A stretch of DNA of 50,599 nucleotides. Source: a virus (taxonomy: Duplodnaviria; Caudoviricetes). Position 1 is the stretch's first letter. Each line of letters opens with the position of its first letter. Shown here piece after piece: positions 9,544 through 19,946 of this stretch. Both the position numbers and the translations under genes were made by a program. The notes beneath the pieces are model-generated. The model searched no databases. It was not told the DNA's origin and saw only the letters and a program-made list of their open reading frames with translations. The stretch is from positions 1 to 50,599 of IMG/VR virus record IMGVR_UViG_3300009481_003534, one strand, 5' to 3'.

Positions 9544-10762
9544 AATAGATGACATACTGTCTTTAGGAACGGATATATTTAATCCTCAAGCTAAAGTTTT
9601 AGCAAATTCAGATAGAGTTATGGAGTTTCTTGAGACAGGGAACACAGCGCCAGTACTTGTTGAGATTGATCCCAGTAATGCATGTAATCATGGGTGCTTC
9701 TTTTGCATTTCCTCTTATATACATTTGCCAGAGTCAAAGGATCTTGAGACATTTGATAGATCTATCATGAAGAGGGACATGCTTCTATCTGTTTGTCAAG
9801 ACTTAATCGACATGGATGTTAGGGCTATAAACTGGACTGGAGGAGGAGAACCTACCCTTAATAGACATACAAAGGAAGCTATAGAGTTTGTAGGTAAAAA
9901 CTCAGACATAAAGATGGGAATGTTCACAAACGGGACACTTTTAGACAGATGGGATATGTTTGACACTCTAGTAGATCATATGACTTGGGTTAGGTTCTCT
10001 ATTGATGCTGGAGGAGAAGAGCTTTATAATTCTATCAGGAGAGCACGCCAGAATGATGACTGGAATAAAATGAACTCTAATCTCAAGAAGCTCATTCAAG
10101 TAAACAACTCTAAAGGCAGACCTCTCGATCTTGGTGTTGGATTTGTCATAACTCCAGATACGTATGAGGGTATCTTAGGATTCGCCGAGTATTTTGCAGA
10201 TTTTGACTTAGACTATTGTCAGTTTAAGCCGGAAGTTGTGAATAGAGAAAGAGAAGGCGGCATCCAAAGAGATATTGATTTCTGGAATGAAAAGATAGAG
10301 CCCCTAATTGCTAAAGCAAAAGATATTCTTGGTGATAAATTCCAAATCAATGGTTATAAACTTGAAGATCTTGAGAATGATCCAGAGCTTTATGGAAGGC
10401 GTTATAAGAAGTGTTTAGGATCTCAAATACAACCTCTTGTTGGAGCCGATGGTCATGTTTACGTCTGTACCAATCATAGAGGTTATAAGCAGTATAGCTA
10501 TGGCAGTCTTGAAGATAGAAGCTTCAAAGAGATATGGAACGACATAGAAAACAGAAGAAAGGTGATGCACCAGATAGACAATGTAGAGTGCTTCGCTAAT
10601 TGTACGCAGCTTTGCAAGCCTCATGAGAGTAACAAAGCTGTTTGGAGTATATCTTTAGAATATGACCAAGCTGATGAAGCAGGAAAGAAAAAATTGAAAC
10701 AAGATCTTTCAGATCAACAAAAGCATATAATAGAGAACATAAAGCACTCAGAGTTCATATGA
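9533..10762 (+). CDS. radical SAM protein with SPASM/twitch domain
   Basis: CNHGCFFC, TGGGEP, C-terminal C..DGHVYVC..C..C..C. Confidence 0.9.
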   Translation: MKDKIDDILSLGTDIFNPQAKVLANSDRVMEFLETGNTAPVLVEIDPSNACNHGCFFCISSYIHLPESKDLETFDRSIMKRDMLLSVCQDLIDMDVRAINWTGGGEPTLNRHTKEAIEFVGKNSDIKMGMFTNGTLLDRWDMFDTLVDHMTWVRFSIDAGGEELYNSIRRARQNDDWNKMNSNLKKLIQVNNSKGRPLDLGVGFVITPDTYEGILGFAEYFADFDLDYCQFKPEVVNREREGGIQRDIDFWNEKIEPLIAKAKDILGDKFQINGYKLEDLENDPELYGRRYKKCLGSQIQPLVGADGHVYVCTNHRGYKQYSYGSLEDRSFKEIWNDIENRRKVMHQIDNVECFANCTQLCKPHESNKAVWSISLEYDQADEAGKKKLKQDLSDQQKHIIENIKHSEFI

Positions 10763-11262
10763 TAAAGCTACTTAATGGGAGAGGTCAGCTCGGCAACGCT
10801 CTTTCAGAAAAAATAAAAGGTGTAAAACTTTCTGGCACTAAAGATATATATATTTATCATACTTGGAACATAGATGATAAGTCTAAACCAGCACAGCAAA
10901 GATGCTTAGAGGAACTAATGTCATTTGTTAGTAGGAACTTGAAAGAAAAGATAATTTTTGTATCCACAACGTCTGATAAAGAGAGTCATTATGTTAGATA
11001 CAAACAACTAGCAGAGGCATACCTACTTAACCACTGTACGAACGCTCTAGTCATAAGATTGCCCATGATTATTGGAAAAGGTGCAGTAAAGAAATTAAAA
11101 GAGAATACAATAAAGCCTTATGGAACTATGGAGCTCATATCTCTTAACAATGCATGTGAACAAATAATAAAATCTGTCTACTACAATGGCTTGAGAAAGT
11201 GCATATCAATTAGCGGAGAGAAGATATCCGCAACAACAGTTCATAAAATATTATCGGTATAG
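10759..11262 (+). CDS. short NAD-dependent epimerase/RmlD-like SDR
   Basis: NGRGQLG, YVRYK (YxxxK), IRLP. Confidence 0.65.
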   Translation: MIKLLNGRGQLGNALSEKIKGVKLSGTKDIYIYHTWNIDDKSKPAQQRCLEELMSFVSRNLKEKIIFVSTTSDKESHYVRYKQLAEAYLLNHCTNALVIRLPMIIGKGAVKKLKENTIKPYGTMELISLNNACEQIIKSVYYNGLRKCISISGEKISATTVHKILSV

Positions 11263-11270
11263 GAAATAAA

Positions 11271-12206
11271 ATGAAAATACTTACTATTTATAATACCTGC
11301 GGGATACACAGAAATAATACAGAATGGTATTCAAAGTGCTTGCAATCTGTTTTGGATCAAGACTATCCCGACAATAGAATTGTTATGTCGTCATGTTTGA
11401 ATTCAGAATCTTGTATCGAGGAGATAAAAAATAGATTTGAAGACCTGATAGATATAGTATTATTTTCAGACCCATATATAGTAAACACTACCTGTAATAG
11501 ATCTATTCAGCTTATGGTTGAAAAGTACGGAGAGTTTGACGCATACCTATTCTTAGACTCAGGAGTATACTTCACTGATCCAGAGTCTATATCTAAATCA
11601 GTGCAGTCTATAAAAGACAATGAATACTCGATGCTCACTATACAGACAGATACGGATACAGGCTTTATGCCATTTGGCTTTTCTCAAAATTCAGCAACTG
11701 CTCAAATAACAGGACAGGATTTTCTTATACCTTTTGGACATGCTTGCAATCTTCATTGTCAGTTTTTTACTAACGACATATTTAAAGCTTTTGGGAATAG
11801 GATAATACCAGATGTGTTTGCCGCTTATTGCACAGAATCTACTTTTCCATTCCTAAACGCCTCTGTTGGCAAGAGGTGGGGAATCCTGAAAGATGTTATA
11901 GCACCACACAACAAGGCTGTTGACGGCCCTTCTTCTAGCCAGCCTCATTTTTCCTCTAGCCATAACAATACTTGGAATAACCTACTTTATGGAAGAGACG
12001 CTAGGGACTTTATAAACGACCCTGAAGCAATCGAGTGTGGACTTGGGTATGAGGAATGTGGAAATATAATGAATCATAATCCAGAAGCATACGATGAAAA
12101 TGATAATGCTTTGCATCCAGAAAGATTAAAGTCTGCAATTCTCAAATATTTTTTCACAAATGAGTCAGATTTAGATTATAATAATATTGACACTAGTATT
12201 ATTTGA
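11271..12206 (+). CDS. GT2-like glycosyltransferase
   Basis: CLQSVLDQDYP, LFLDSG. Confidence 0.65.
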   Translation: MKILTIYNTCGIHRNNTEWYSKCLQSVLDQDYPDNRIVMSSCLNSESCIEEIKNRFEDLIDIVLFSDPYIVNTTCNRSIQLMVEKYGEFDAYLFLDSGVYFTDPESISKSVQSIKDNEYSMLTIQTDTDTGFMPFGFSQNSATAQITGQDFLIPFGHACNLHCQFFTNDIFKAFGNRIIPDVFAAYCTESTFPFLNASVGKRWGILKDVIAPHNKAVDGPSSSQPHFSSSHNNTWNNLLYGRDARDFINDPEAIECGLGYEECGNIMNHNPEAYDENDNALHPERLKSAILKYFFTNESDLDYNNIDTSII

Positions 12207-12226
12207 TCTTAATAAAAAATCTTAAA

Positions 12227-12718
12227 ATGGCAGCTAAAATTATAGAGCACTCTAAGTTCGTAGAACCTAGAGGTGAAATCTACACTATATATGATGACAG
12301 ACAAATAGATATACCTTTTAAGCAGGATAAAGCATCCATATCTTATAAAGGTGTTGTCAGAGGATTTCATGGAGATGCCGACACTTATAAGCTTATAACT
12401 TGTCTTGACGGAGTAATACAGCTAGTTGTACATGATGTCGATGAAAATTATACTCAGACATTTGTGCTAAATGCTAATTCTGATAACTTAAGAACTATCC
12501 TAGTTCCTCCCAGACACCTCAATGCTCACCAATGTCTTAGCAAAAGCTGCATTTTTATGTATAAGTGGAGCGAGTATTACACTTCGCCGGAAGACCAATG
12601 GAGCGTGAACTACAACGATCAAGAGATAAGACCAAAATGGAAGGTGCCAGTAACAATGGTATCTGATAGAGATGTTAGTGCTGGAAGCCTACAAGACCTA
12701 CGAGAGAAAATAAAATGA
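12227..12718 (+). CDS. rmlC: dTDP-4-dehydrorhamnose 3,5-epimerase family
   Basis: PRG, SYKGVVRGFH, HLNAHQCL, YKWSEYY, SDRD. Confidence 0.8.
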   Translation: MAAKIIEHSKFVEPRGEIYTIYDDRQIDIPFKQDKASISYKGVVRGFHGDADTYKLITCLDGVIQLVVHDVDENYTQTFVLNANSDNLRTILVPPRHLNAHQCLSKSCIFMYKWSEYYTSPEDQWSVNYNDQEIRPKWKVPVTMVSDRDVSAGSLQDLREKIK

Positions 12719-14226
12719 GAAAACTAGATGTCTTAATAGTTGCACCAAGCTGTGCAGACCTATACCAAGATTTGAAGAAAGACTTTTCTGCCAAAGAAAC
12801 TAACATCTGGGCGGGATTGCTAGCTAATGCCTGCAGAGCTAAAGGTCATGGCGTGGCTATCTATGATATGGAAATAGAAAGACCTAGTCCAGAACAGTTT
12901 TTAAAAGATGTAGAGAGCTACGACGCAAGATTTATTTTATTTGTTGTAACTGGTCAAAATCCAAACGCTTCAACTGCGGCTATGAGTGGAGCTGTTTCTG
13001 CTGCATCTTGCTTGTCCGAGATAAATACAAAGATAGGCTTCGTAGGCCCTCATATTAATGCTCTCCCACTTGAGGTCTTAGAGCTACATGATTTTATAGA
13101 TGTCTCATTTACAAACGAGGGAGTGTATGCACTTCTGAATCTTCTTTCCACAGACCTCTCTGACGACGGACTGAAGTCGGTAAATGGTATCGCCTATAGA
13201 TCAAGCACTGGAGATATTTTAATTAATCCTGCGGAGAGAGTTGTTCCTCAAGATTTATTGGAAGTTGACTTGCCGGGAATTGCATATGACCTTATGCCAT
13301 CTTTGGACAACTACAGAACAAGTAGTTGGCATGCAAATTACATTGATGAAGACAGGTCTCCGTTTGCCAGCATATACACTTCTTTAGGATGTATATTTAA
13401 GTGCGAGTTTTGCATGATAAATATTATTAACAGAGACGACAATAACCCGTTGGCGGCATCAGCAGATTTTAATAAATTTAGATATTGGAATCCTGAGTTC
13501 ACAATCAAGCAGTTAGATTATCTGGCTGACAAAGGAGTTAAGCAGCTAAAAATAGCAGATGAGATGTGGGTACTAAAACCTAAACACTTTGAGGTCTTGT
13601 GTGATCTAATTATACAGAGAGGGTATGACTTTAATATATGGGCTTACACTAGAGTCGATACTGTTAAGCCAAAGTACCTAGAAAAACTTAAGAAGGCTGG
13701 AGTCAACTGGCTGGCTCTTGGCATCGAAGCGGGCAATCAGGACATCCGCAGAGAAATAACAAAGGGCAAATTTGAAGATATCAATATCCGAGAAGTAGTT
13801 GGAATGATTCAGGATGCCGGTATCAATGTTGGAGCTAACTATATAGTTGGTCTTGGTCATGATAACTTCGACACAATGCAAGAGACACTTAATCTAGCAT
13901 TGGAGCTTAACGCTGAAAATTCTAATATTTATTGTGCTACTGCACTGCCGGGAAGCCCTCTGTATATGAAGTCAAAAAAAGAGAATTGGTATCTGCCAAA
14001 AGAAAATTATGCAGAATATGGATTTTTATCCTATGACCATATACCAAGTAGGACGTATAATTTAGAAGCGGGAGAAGTTTTAGCTTTTAGAGATTATGCC
14101 TTTCACGCACTGTTTGAGAACCCAAGATTCTTGAATATGATTAATAATAAGTTTGGAGAGAAGGCGGTAGATAATATCAAGAGAATGACTTCTATTAGGC
14201 TCAGAAGAAAGCTCTACGAATCATAA
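12715..14226 (+). CDS. B12-binding radical SAM enzyme (class B methyltransferase-like)
   Basis: N-terminal cobalamin-binding region (GPH), SLGCIFKCEFC, GIEAG, PGSPLY. Confidence 0.88.
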   Translation: MRKLDVLIVAPSCADLYQDLKKDFSAKETNIWAGLLANACRAKGHGVAIYDMEIERPSPEQFLKDVESYDARFILFVVTGQNPNASTAAMSGAVSAASCLSEINTKIGFVGPHINALPLEVLELHDFIDVSFTNEGVYALLNLLSTDLSDDGLKSVNGIAYRSSTGDILINPAERVVPQDLLEVDLPGIAYDLMPSLDNYRTSSWHANYIDEDRSPFASIYTSLGCIFKCEFCMINIINRDDNNPLAASADFNKFRYWNPEFTIKQLDYLADKGVKQLKIADEMWVLKPKHFEVLCDLIIQRGYDFNIWAYTRVDTVKPKYLEKLKKAGVNWLALGIEAGNQDIRREITKGKFEDINIREVVGMIQDAGINVGANYIVGLGHDNFDTMQETLNLALELNAENSNIYCATALPGSPLYMKSKKENWYLPKENYAEYGFLSYDHIPSRTYNLEAGEVLAFRDYAFHALFENPRFLNMINNKFGEKAVDNIKRMTSIRLRRKLYES

Positions 14227-14244
14227 TGCCTTAAGAGATAAACT

Positions 14245-14976
14245 ATGAACAAAATTACCGCAATAATCCCTGCTCGATCTGGAAGCCGCAGAATTGCAAA
14301 CAAAAACATACGAAAATTTGCCAATACAACGCTCATAGAAAATAAGATTAAGCAATTACAAGATTGCGATGAGATCGACTGTATAGTCGTAGCAACTAAC
14401 GACCTGCATATAAAGGAAATATGCAAAGACTATGAAGTATTGTTCATGCACAGGGAGGAAAGATTTTGTGACGAGAAATCCGCGACTGTAAATCAAATGA
14501 TTGGGGATATTGTATCTAGAATTCATACCTCATTTGACATAATAGTTTGGGCACATTGCACCAATCCTCTTATCGGCTCTAACATCTATAGTCGGTCTAT
14601 AGATCATTTTCTTTCTTCAGAACCTTATTATGACTCATTAGTTTCAGTCACGCCAATCAAAAACCATTTTTGGCACAGAACGAAAAGTGGCTGTGTCCCA
14701 CTAAACTACAATCCAAATAGCCTATCCCACCCTTTAGCATCTGATCTAGAGCCGATGTATTATCAAAATGGAGCTATATTCATACAGCGTAGAAAAGACA
14801 TGGTATCAAACTCTTATTTTTTTGGCCGGAATCCCGTCCTATTTGAGTTAGATGAGTATGTGTCTACCGATATAAATAATCCTCTAGATATGACTATTGC
14901 TAAATCTTTATCTCCTTATTTCATAAATGGGGTTTGTATAGAAGAGCTTGAGGACTTATATGACAATCTCACATGA
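14245..14976 (+). CDS. acylneuraminate cytidylyltransferase (NeuA/CMP-ulosonate synthetase family)
   Basis: IPARSGSRRIANKN, TNPL, NGAIFI, DIN..D. Confidence 0.88.
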   Translation: MNKITAIIPARSGSRRIANKNIRKFANTTLIENKIKQLQDCDEIDCIVVATNDLHIKEICKDYEVLFMHREERFCDEKSATVNQMIGDIVSRIHTSFDIIVWAHCTNPLIGSNIYSRSIDHFLSSEPYYDSLVSVTPIKNHFWHRTKSGCVPLNYNPNSLSHPLASDLEPMYYQNGAIFIQRRKDMVSNSYFFGRNPVLFELDEYVSTDINNPLDMTIAKSLSPYFINGVCIEELEDLYDNLT

Positions 14977-15586
14977 AATTTACTCAGAGACTAAGTTCCC
15001 AGAGAGGCTATTTGTTCTTGGTGCAGGACCAAGTTTAGAGCTTCTATATCCATATAGGAGAGAGTTGTATAGATGGGGACACTGGGCAGTTGTGAGATCA
15101 GATATAGTTCAGTCATTTTTAGAGTTTATTGAACCCCTGTACAGTATCAGATATAACGCTATAGTAGCGCGCCATCAGAAAGTATATGGAATAGCACTGG
15201 AAAAACCTCTAGGAAACATAACTGGGCCACGTCATTCTTTTGACGGTGTTAGGCAAGGATATCACAGGGGCTTTATAACTGTTTCAGCATTCATCGAGCA
15301 CTTCCAATCATTTGGCGGTAAAGAACTATTTTTTTTTGGGTTTGACGGCGATAACTCCGAATACTGGAGAGGTCAACATTTTGACTGGCAACAACATATA
15401 CTTGCCGACCCAGATAAGCCGCATCCTCCTGAGCACGTTCCGTTTGCGAGTTGTTCTTGGCAGCATGATACAGACATGATGAATAAAGAAGATTTTGGGA
15501 GTCTTACAAAACTATATCATTTAGGAAAAACGAGAAACAACTTCATGACTGAAATATCTATAGAAGAACTTAAGAAAAGGATATGA
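14960..15586 (+). CDS. Maf/DUF115-like putative ulosonate transferase
   Basis: VLGAGPSL and ELFFFGFD motifs; adjacent to the NeuA-like gene. Confidence 0.55.
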   Translation: MTISHEIYSETKFPERLFVLGAGPSLELLYPYRRELYRWGHWAVVRSDIVQSFLEFIEPLYSIRYNAIVARHQKVYGIALEKPLGNITGPRHSFDGVRQGYHRGFITVSAFIEHFQSFGGKELFFFGFDGDNSEYWRGQHFDWQQHILADPDKPHPPEHVPFASCSWQHDTDMMNKEDFGSLTKLYHLGKTRNNFMTEISIEELKKRI

Positions 15587-16254
15587 TGCAAATGGGTTTT
15601 GTAGATCAAAATATATATAGCGATGCGTTTGTTGATCTGGTTAGAAGGCATAAAAAGCATGGTATGAGTGTCGCTGAGATAGGATGTTTCGATGGAGCAA
15701 CTTCTAGACATGCAATCGTACCAGTGTATGAATCTATCGGAACATACTATGTTGTAGATTGGTTCAAAGGGACTGTGACTCCAGATTGGGCATCCTCATT
15801 TGGAGAGCACGTTTACAAACCAGACAAGAATGTTCGAAAAGACTTTGAAAAAAATCTGGCTGGCTTTGAATCATGTTATCAAATCATTGAATCCACAACA
15901 GATCAAGCTGTACCGCTATTTGATGACGAGTCGCTTGATATTTGTTTTATAGATGCAGATCATTCCTATTCAGCTGTCTCGCGCGACCTAGATTTATATC
16001 TACCAAAAGTTAAATTAGGAGGCATCATATGCGGGCATGATTTTGATGATCTCACACATGATTTTAGACTTTGCAAACAAGCAATGCACTTGTCACAAGA
16101 AGATTTAAGCAAAGATAATGTTAGCGGAGGTATATGGGGCCACTGCTTCCATGCTGGAGTAGCAAAAGCTGTTTACGAAAGGTTTGGCAATAATATCAAT
16201 CGAGTTCCAAATCAACATAACAGCCCTCCTATCTGGTGGAAATACAAAGATTAG
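15583..16254 (+). CDS. class I SAM-dependent methyltransferase (Methyltransf_24-like)
   Basis: AEIGCFDG, FIDADHSY, GGIICGHD. Confidence 0.85.
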   Translation: MMQMGFVDQNIYSDAFVDLVRRHKKHGMSVAEIGCFDGATSRHAIVPVYESIGTYYVVDWFKGTVTPDWASSFGEHVYKPDKNVRKDFEKNLAGFESCYQIIESTTDQAVPLFDDESLDICFIDADHSYSAVSRDLDLYLPKVKLGGIICGHDFDDLTHDFRLCKQAMHLSQEDLSKDNVSGGIWGHCFHAGVAKAVYERFGNNINRVPNQHNSPPIWWKYKD

Positions 16255-16291
16255 TTCATAAACAATTCATACTACATAAATGGAGTAAGCA

Positions 16292-16819
16292 ATGAGTAAA
16301 AAAGCTTTAATTTTAACGTGGGAAAAATTTCAAGACCATGAAGTAATTTATCCATACTATGCACTGAAACAAGAAGGGTTTGAGGTAACCGTAGCCGCAA
16401 ATCAAATAGGCAGAGTGTTTGGGATACTTGGAGCGCATATCACATGCGATTTACTTGTAGATGATCTGTGTCCAGATAGTATTGACGACTATGATCTACT
16501 AGTAGTTCCCGGAGGAGTCAAGGCACTTGAGAAATTGAGACTAGAGAAAAATGCAGTCAACTTCACTAAAAATTGGATCAATGCAGGGAAGACGACTTTC
16601 TCTATCTGTAATGGAGCACAGCTTCTTATTACAGCAGGCGTAGTTCAGGGCAGAAAGCTATCTGGATACTATTCTATTGAGCCAGATATTAATAATGCCG
16701 GAGCTGAGTACAGTAGGGACAATGTGGTAATAGATGGAAATTTAGTCTCATGTCCTCATTATGATTTCATGGGCGAGTGGATGAGAGAGGGATTCAAAGT
16801 TTATAATGAAAGTAACTAA
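16292..16819 (+). CDS. DJ-1/PfpI family protein
   Basis: QDHE, VVPGG, SICNG nucleophile elbow, VVIDGNLVS. Confidence 0.88.
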   Translation: MSKKALILTWEKFQDHEVIYPYYALKQEGFEVTVAANQIGRVFGILGAHITCDLLVDDLCPDSIDDYDLLVVPGGVKALEKLRLEKNAVNFTKNWINAGKTTFSICNGAQLLITAGVVQGRKLSGYYSIEPDINNAGAEYSRDNVVIDGNLVSCPHYDFMGEWMREGFKVYNESN

Positions 16820-17399
16820 GCCTTGGGGCTATGAATATCTAGCCTACGAAAATGATAATGTTGGAGTGTGGATTCTTCATATTAACGAAGGAGAGTCCAC
16901 CTCCATGCACTGTCATCCAAATAAGGATACGGGTCTTATAGTTCTTGAAGGAGAAGTTGATATATCTTTTCTTAACGATACTCACCGCAAGAAGGACTTC
17001 GATAAGACTATGATAAGAAAGGGGTTGTTTCATTCTTCTAAGGCTGTAAACGGTGATGCTGTATTGCTTGAGATAGAATCCCCTAAAGACAAGGAAGACC
17101 TAGTCAGACTATATGATAGTTATGGAAGAAGGTTCAAGCCTTATGAAGATAATAAACAGGAGCAAGCCGACTTAAGTCTGCATGAAGATGCTCAGGGTTA
17201 CGGAAAGAAATTTTATTTCAAAAAAGTTAACTCCAGAGAACAAATTTCAGAAGCCACACTGTTCGTTTTTGTGGCAGGAGGATTGTCATACGATGGTGAC
17301 ATGATAGTAAAAGCTGGAGATGTCTTAGATTATAAAACACTTAACACAATGCTTGATAATTTTGAATTAGAAGAGATGGAATATATAGCCATATGCTAG
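16806..17399 (+). CDS. cupin domain protein
   Basis: KPWGYE, TSMHCHPNK, GLFH, DLVRLYDSYGR. Confidence 0.8.
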   Translation: MKVTKPWGYEYLAYENDNVGVWILHINEGESTSMHCHPNKDTGLIVLEGEVDISFLNDTHRKKDFDKTMIRKGLFHSSKAVNGDAVLLEIESPKDKEDLVRLYDSYGRRFKPYEDNKQEQADLSLHEDAQGYGKKFYFKKVNSREQISEATLFVFVAGGLSYDGDMIVKAGDVLDYKTLNTMLDNFELEEMEYIAIC

Positions 17400-18184
17400 A
17401 TCAGGTTTATAAATGGGCAAAAACTTGCCGAGCCTTTGAAGTTGTAACCTATCAACAAATCGAAAAAGGCAACATCAAGATACCAACATATTTATCTGCT
17501 GGGCAGGAAATGATATCTTGCGCTATTAGTACTTTTTGTATTAGCATGGGAATAAGGCCTCTGTTATTTGGTCAGCATAGATGTCACTCTATTTACTTAG
17601 CTTTTGGTGGAGACCCCATTGCGCTAATAGATGAGCTGCTTGGTAAAGAGACTGGCTGCGCTAGTGGCATGGGCGGTTCTGCTTCTATACACTGTCCCGA
17701 GATAGGAATGTATGGTCATGACGGCCTTATGGGAAGCAACTCAGCGATAGGTGTTGGGGCTTGCTTTGCATCAAAGAAACCAACTATAGTCTTCTTGGGA
17801 GATGCAGCAGCAGAAGAGGATTATTCATTAGCATCCTATGGATGGGCTTCGACGAAGAACCTACCAATCCTTTTTGTAATCGAAGATAACAATCTCTCTA
17901 TACTAACAGAGAAAAAAGTCAGAAGAAACTGGGAGATTCATGATGTTGCCTCTGGCATGAACATGGAGTCTCATGATATCTCCGATGATCCTCAAGAAAT
18001 AATTAATGCTTGCGAAGGTCTATTCGACAGACCAAAACTTCTAAACATAAGAACCAACAGGAAGTTCTGGCATGCAGGGGCGGGAACAGACGGAGAGGTT
18101 GCAGACAGACTAGAAGGAATGGACATATCTGAAGAAATCGAGTACATGGAAAAATTATGGGAATCGCGCTTAGAGACACTATAA
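17393..18184 (+). CDS. TPP-dependent dehydrogenase E1 alpha-like subunit
   Basis: YLSAGQE, HRCH, GMGGS, GDAA...EDNN TPP-binding motif. Confidence 0.87.
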   Translation: MLDQVYKWAKTCRAFEVVTYQQIEKGNIKIPTYLSAGQEMISCAISTFCISMGIRPLLFGQHRCHSIYLAFGGDPIALIDELLGKETGCASGMGGSASIHCPEIGMYGHDGLMGSNSAIGVGACFASKKPTIVFLGDAAAEEDYSLASYGWASTKNLPILFVIEDNNLSILTEKKVRRNWEIHDVASGMNMESHDISDDPQEIINACEGLFDRPKLLNIRTNRKFWHAGAGTDGEVADRLEGMDISEEIEYMEKLWESRLETL

Positions 18185-19059
18185 AAGAAACTGTTCGACA
18201 CCACTTAAACTCAGGTGGACTAGCCTTTGGGCAATGCCTAACCGCTGTAGGATGGGTTGGTGGAACTCTACCCGAAATGTATGAGCCAGAAGGTATGATT
18301 GAGCTCCCTATGGCTGATGTAGCCGGTGGAGGCTTCGTGGTAGGTGCCGCACTTATGGGAAAAAGACCTATATATGTTATCAGATATCAGGGGTTTAACT
18401 GGTATAATTGTATAAGTGTCCTAAACTATGCTTGTAAGAGCAAAGAGATGTGGGGAGTGCCTTGTCCTATGATAGTAAGAAGTGTAGGAATGGAAGGTTC
18501 TATTGGCCCAGTTGCAGGCAGTTCACATCATTCACTTTATTATAGAATGCCCGGAATTAAGATTTATTCCCCTATGACAAGCGAAGAATATAGATCTTGT
18601 TATAAAGACTTCATGAATTCCGACGATGTTTTCTATATTTCTGAGCATAGAGGGGCATTTACTAATACAGAAGAATTGCCAGATATAGAACATGACAATC
18701 CGCATATTTGTTTGTTCCCCATTTCCATAACAAGGTTTGCTGCTGTGGAAGCCTCAAAGGAGTTGTACACAGAAGGAATAAAAGCGTCCGTGTATCACCA
18801 AAGAGTCATCAAACCTCATAACTTTAGCGAGTCATCACTTCAGGCTCTCCAAGAGTGTGGGAGAGGTCTTGTATTAGACGATGACTATGAGGATGGAATT
18901 TGTTCTGCCATTGCTCACAAGCTAATGATGCAAGCAGAAGGATCAAGAGTTTATTGTATGGGATTAGAAAATAAGAGTGCTGGATTTGCTAAACATTTAG
19001 ACAACTTACCAGCATCTAAAGATAAAATTATACAAAAAATTAAAGAGGAGCTTTCATAA
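18157..19059 (+). CDS. TPP-dependent E1 beta/transketolase-like subunit
   Basis: ELPMAD..GGG..GAAL.GKRP, PGIKIYSP, EHR; paired with the alpha subunit. Confidence 0.82.
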   Translation: MGIALRDTIKETVRHHLNSGGLAFGQCLTAVGWVGGTLPEMYEPEGMIELPMADVAGGGFVVGAALMGKRPIYVIRYQGFNWYNCISVLNYACKSKEMWGVPCPMIVRSVGMEGSIGPVAGSSHHSLYYRMPGIKIYSPMTSEEYRSCYKDFMNSDDVFYISEHRGAFTNTEELPDIEHDNPHICLFPISITRFAAVEASKELYTEGIKASVYHQRVIKPHNFSESSLQALQECGRGLVLDDDYEDGICSAIAHKLMMQAEGSRVYCMGLENKSAGFAKHLDNLPASKDKIIQKIKEELS

Positions 19060-19946
19060 TGCTTTCGATTATAACCGCTGCCAAAGGAAGAGTAGAGCAG
19101 ACGATAGAGTCTTTCAATAGTATATGGGACAATGCATCAAATCCGAATGAAATAGAACATCTAATTGCGATTGACTGTCAAGATCACGAGCTCAAAAGCA
19201 AACTACACGAATACAAGAACATTTACTCTTCTGCTGGAATTAATGTAGTTCTTTATGAAGTATGCCACTGTCAGAACCCAGAGACATACACATATAGGAA
19301 TCTGCATAAAGAGTATTGGAACCCTCTAGCAAAACAAGCAAAAGGGGACTTAGTTTTTGGCATGCCGAATGACTGTGTTATACAAACAAAGAATTTTGAT
19401 AAAATCTTGATGGACTCATTTGAAGAGGCAAAAAAATCTTACAAGCACGATTGTTTTCAAATTCTAATTGACGACGATGGAGAAAACGATCCAGACAGAC
19501 CCGAAGCAATAGAAAAAGTTGCTCAGACATCCAACTGGTCAATAGGATCTTTAGAGCTGAGCAAGGAAAAATCGCTTGACAATTCAGAAGATGGAGAGGT
19601 ATTTTGCAGCTGGGTAATACTTAGCAGAAGAGCTGTAGATCTGATTGGAGGAATATGTCCAGATGAATTCCAAAATGAAGCAGCAGACAGGCACATATAT
19701 TCAGTGTTTTCTAAAACTCCAATAAAAGCTCAAGTAGATCTGAGCAAAGATATTAAGACATGGCACATGTCTCATTATACAGGAAGGGCAGAAGTGGACG
19801 ATGTTACTAACTCTAAGCCAGTGCCCACTCCTGAAATTTTGCAAGAGCGACTTACTGTTGAAAAAACACTTCCGTACCACTCAAAAGTAAATTATGAAAT
19901 AGTCAGGCAAGTATTTGATTTAGATAAGGAGATAGCTTCTCTATGA
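19059..19946 (+). CDS. GT2-like glycosyltransferase
   Basis: LSIITAAKGR, PND, AAD, WH; resembles ORF 7874. Confidence 0.62.
   Translation: MLSIITAAKGRVEQTIESFNSIWDNASNPNEIEHLIAIDCQDHELKSKLHEYKNIYSSAGINVVLYEVCHCQNPETYTYRNLHKEYWNPLAKQAKGDLVFGMPNDCVIQTKNFDKILMDSFEEAKKSYKHDCFQILIDDDGENDPDRPEAIEKVAQTSNWSIGSLELSKEKSLDNSEDGEVFCSWVILSRRAVDLIGGICPDEFQNEAADRHIYSVFSKTPIKAQVDLSKDIKTWHMSHYTGRAEVDDVTNSKPVPTPEILQERLTVEKTLPYHSKVNYEIVRQVFDLDKEIASL

Noticed and set aside
17393-19059. Pyruvate dehydrogenase as a central-metabolism auxiliary gene
   Set aside because: Subunits are short and divergent, E2 and E3 are absent, and the context is a sugar locus.
8590-19946. Genome-wide stop-codon reassignment
   Set aside because: TGA, TAG and TAA all end well-defined genes, often with overlapping starts; only one in-frame TGA was seen.
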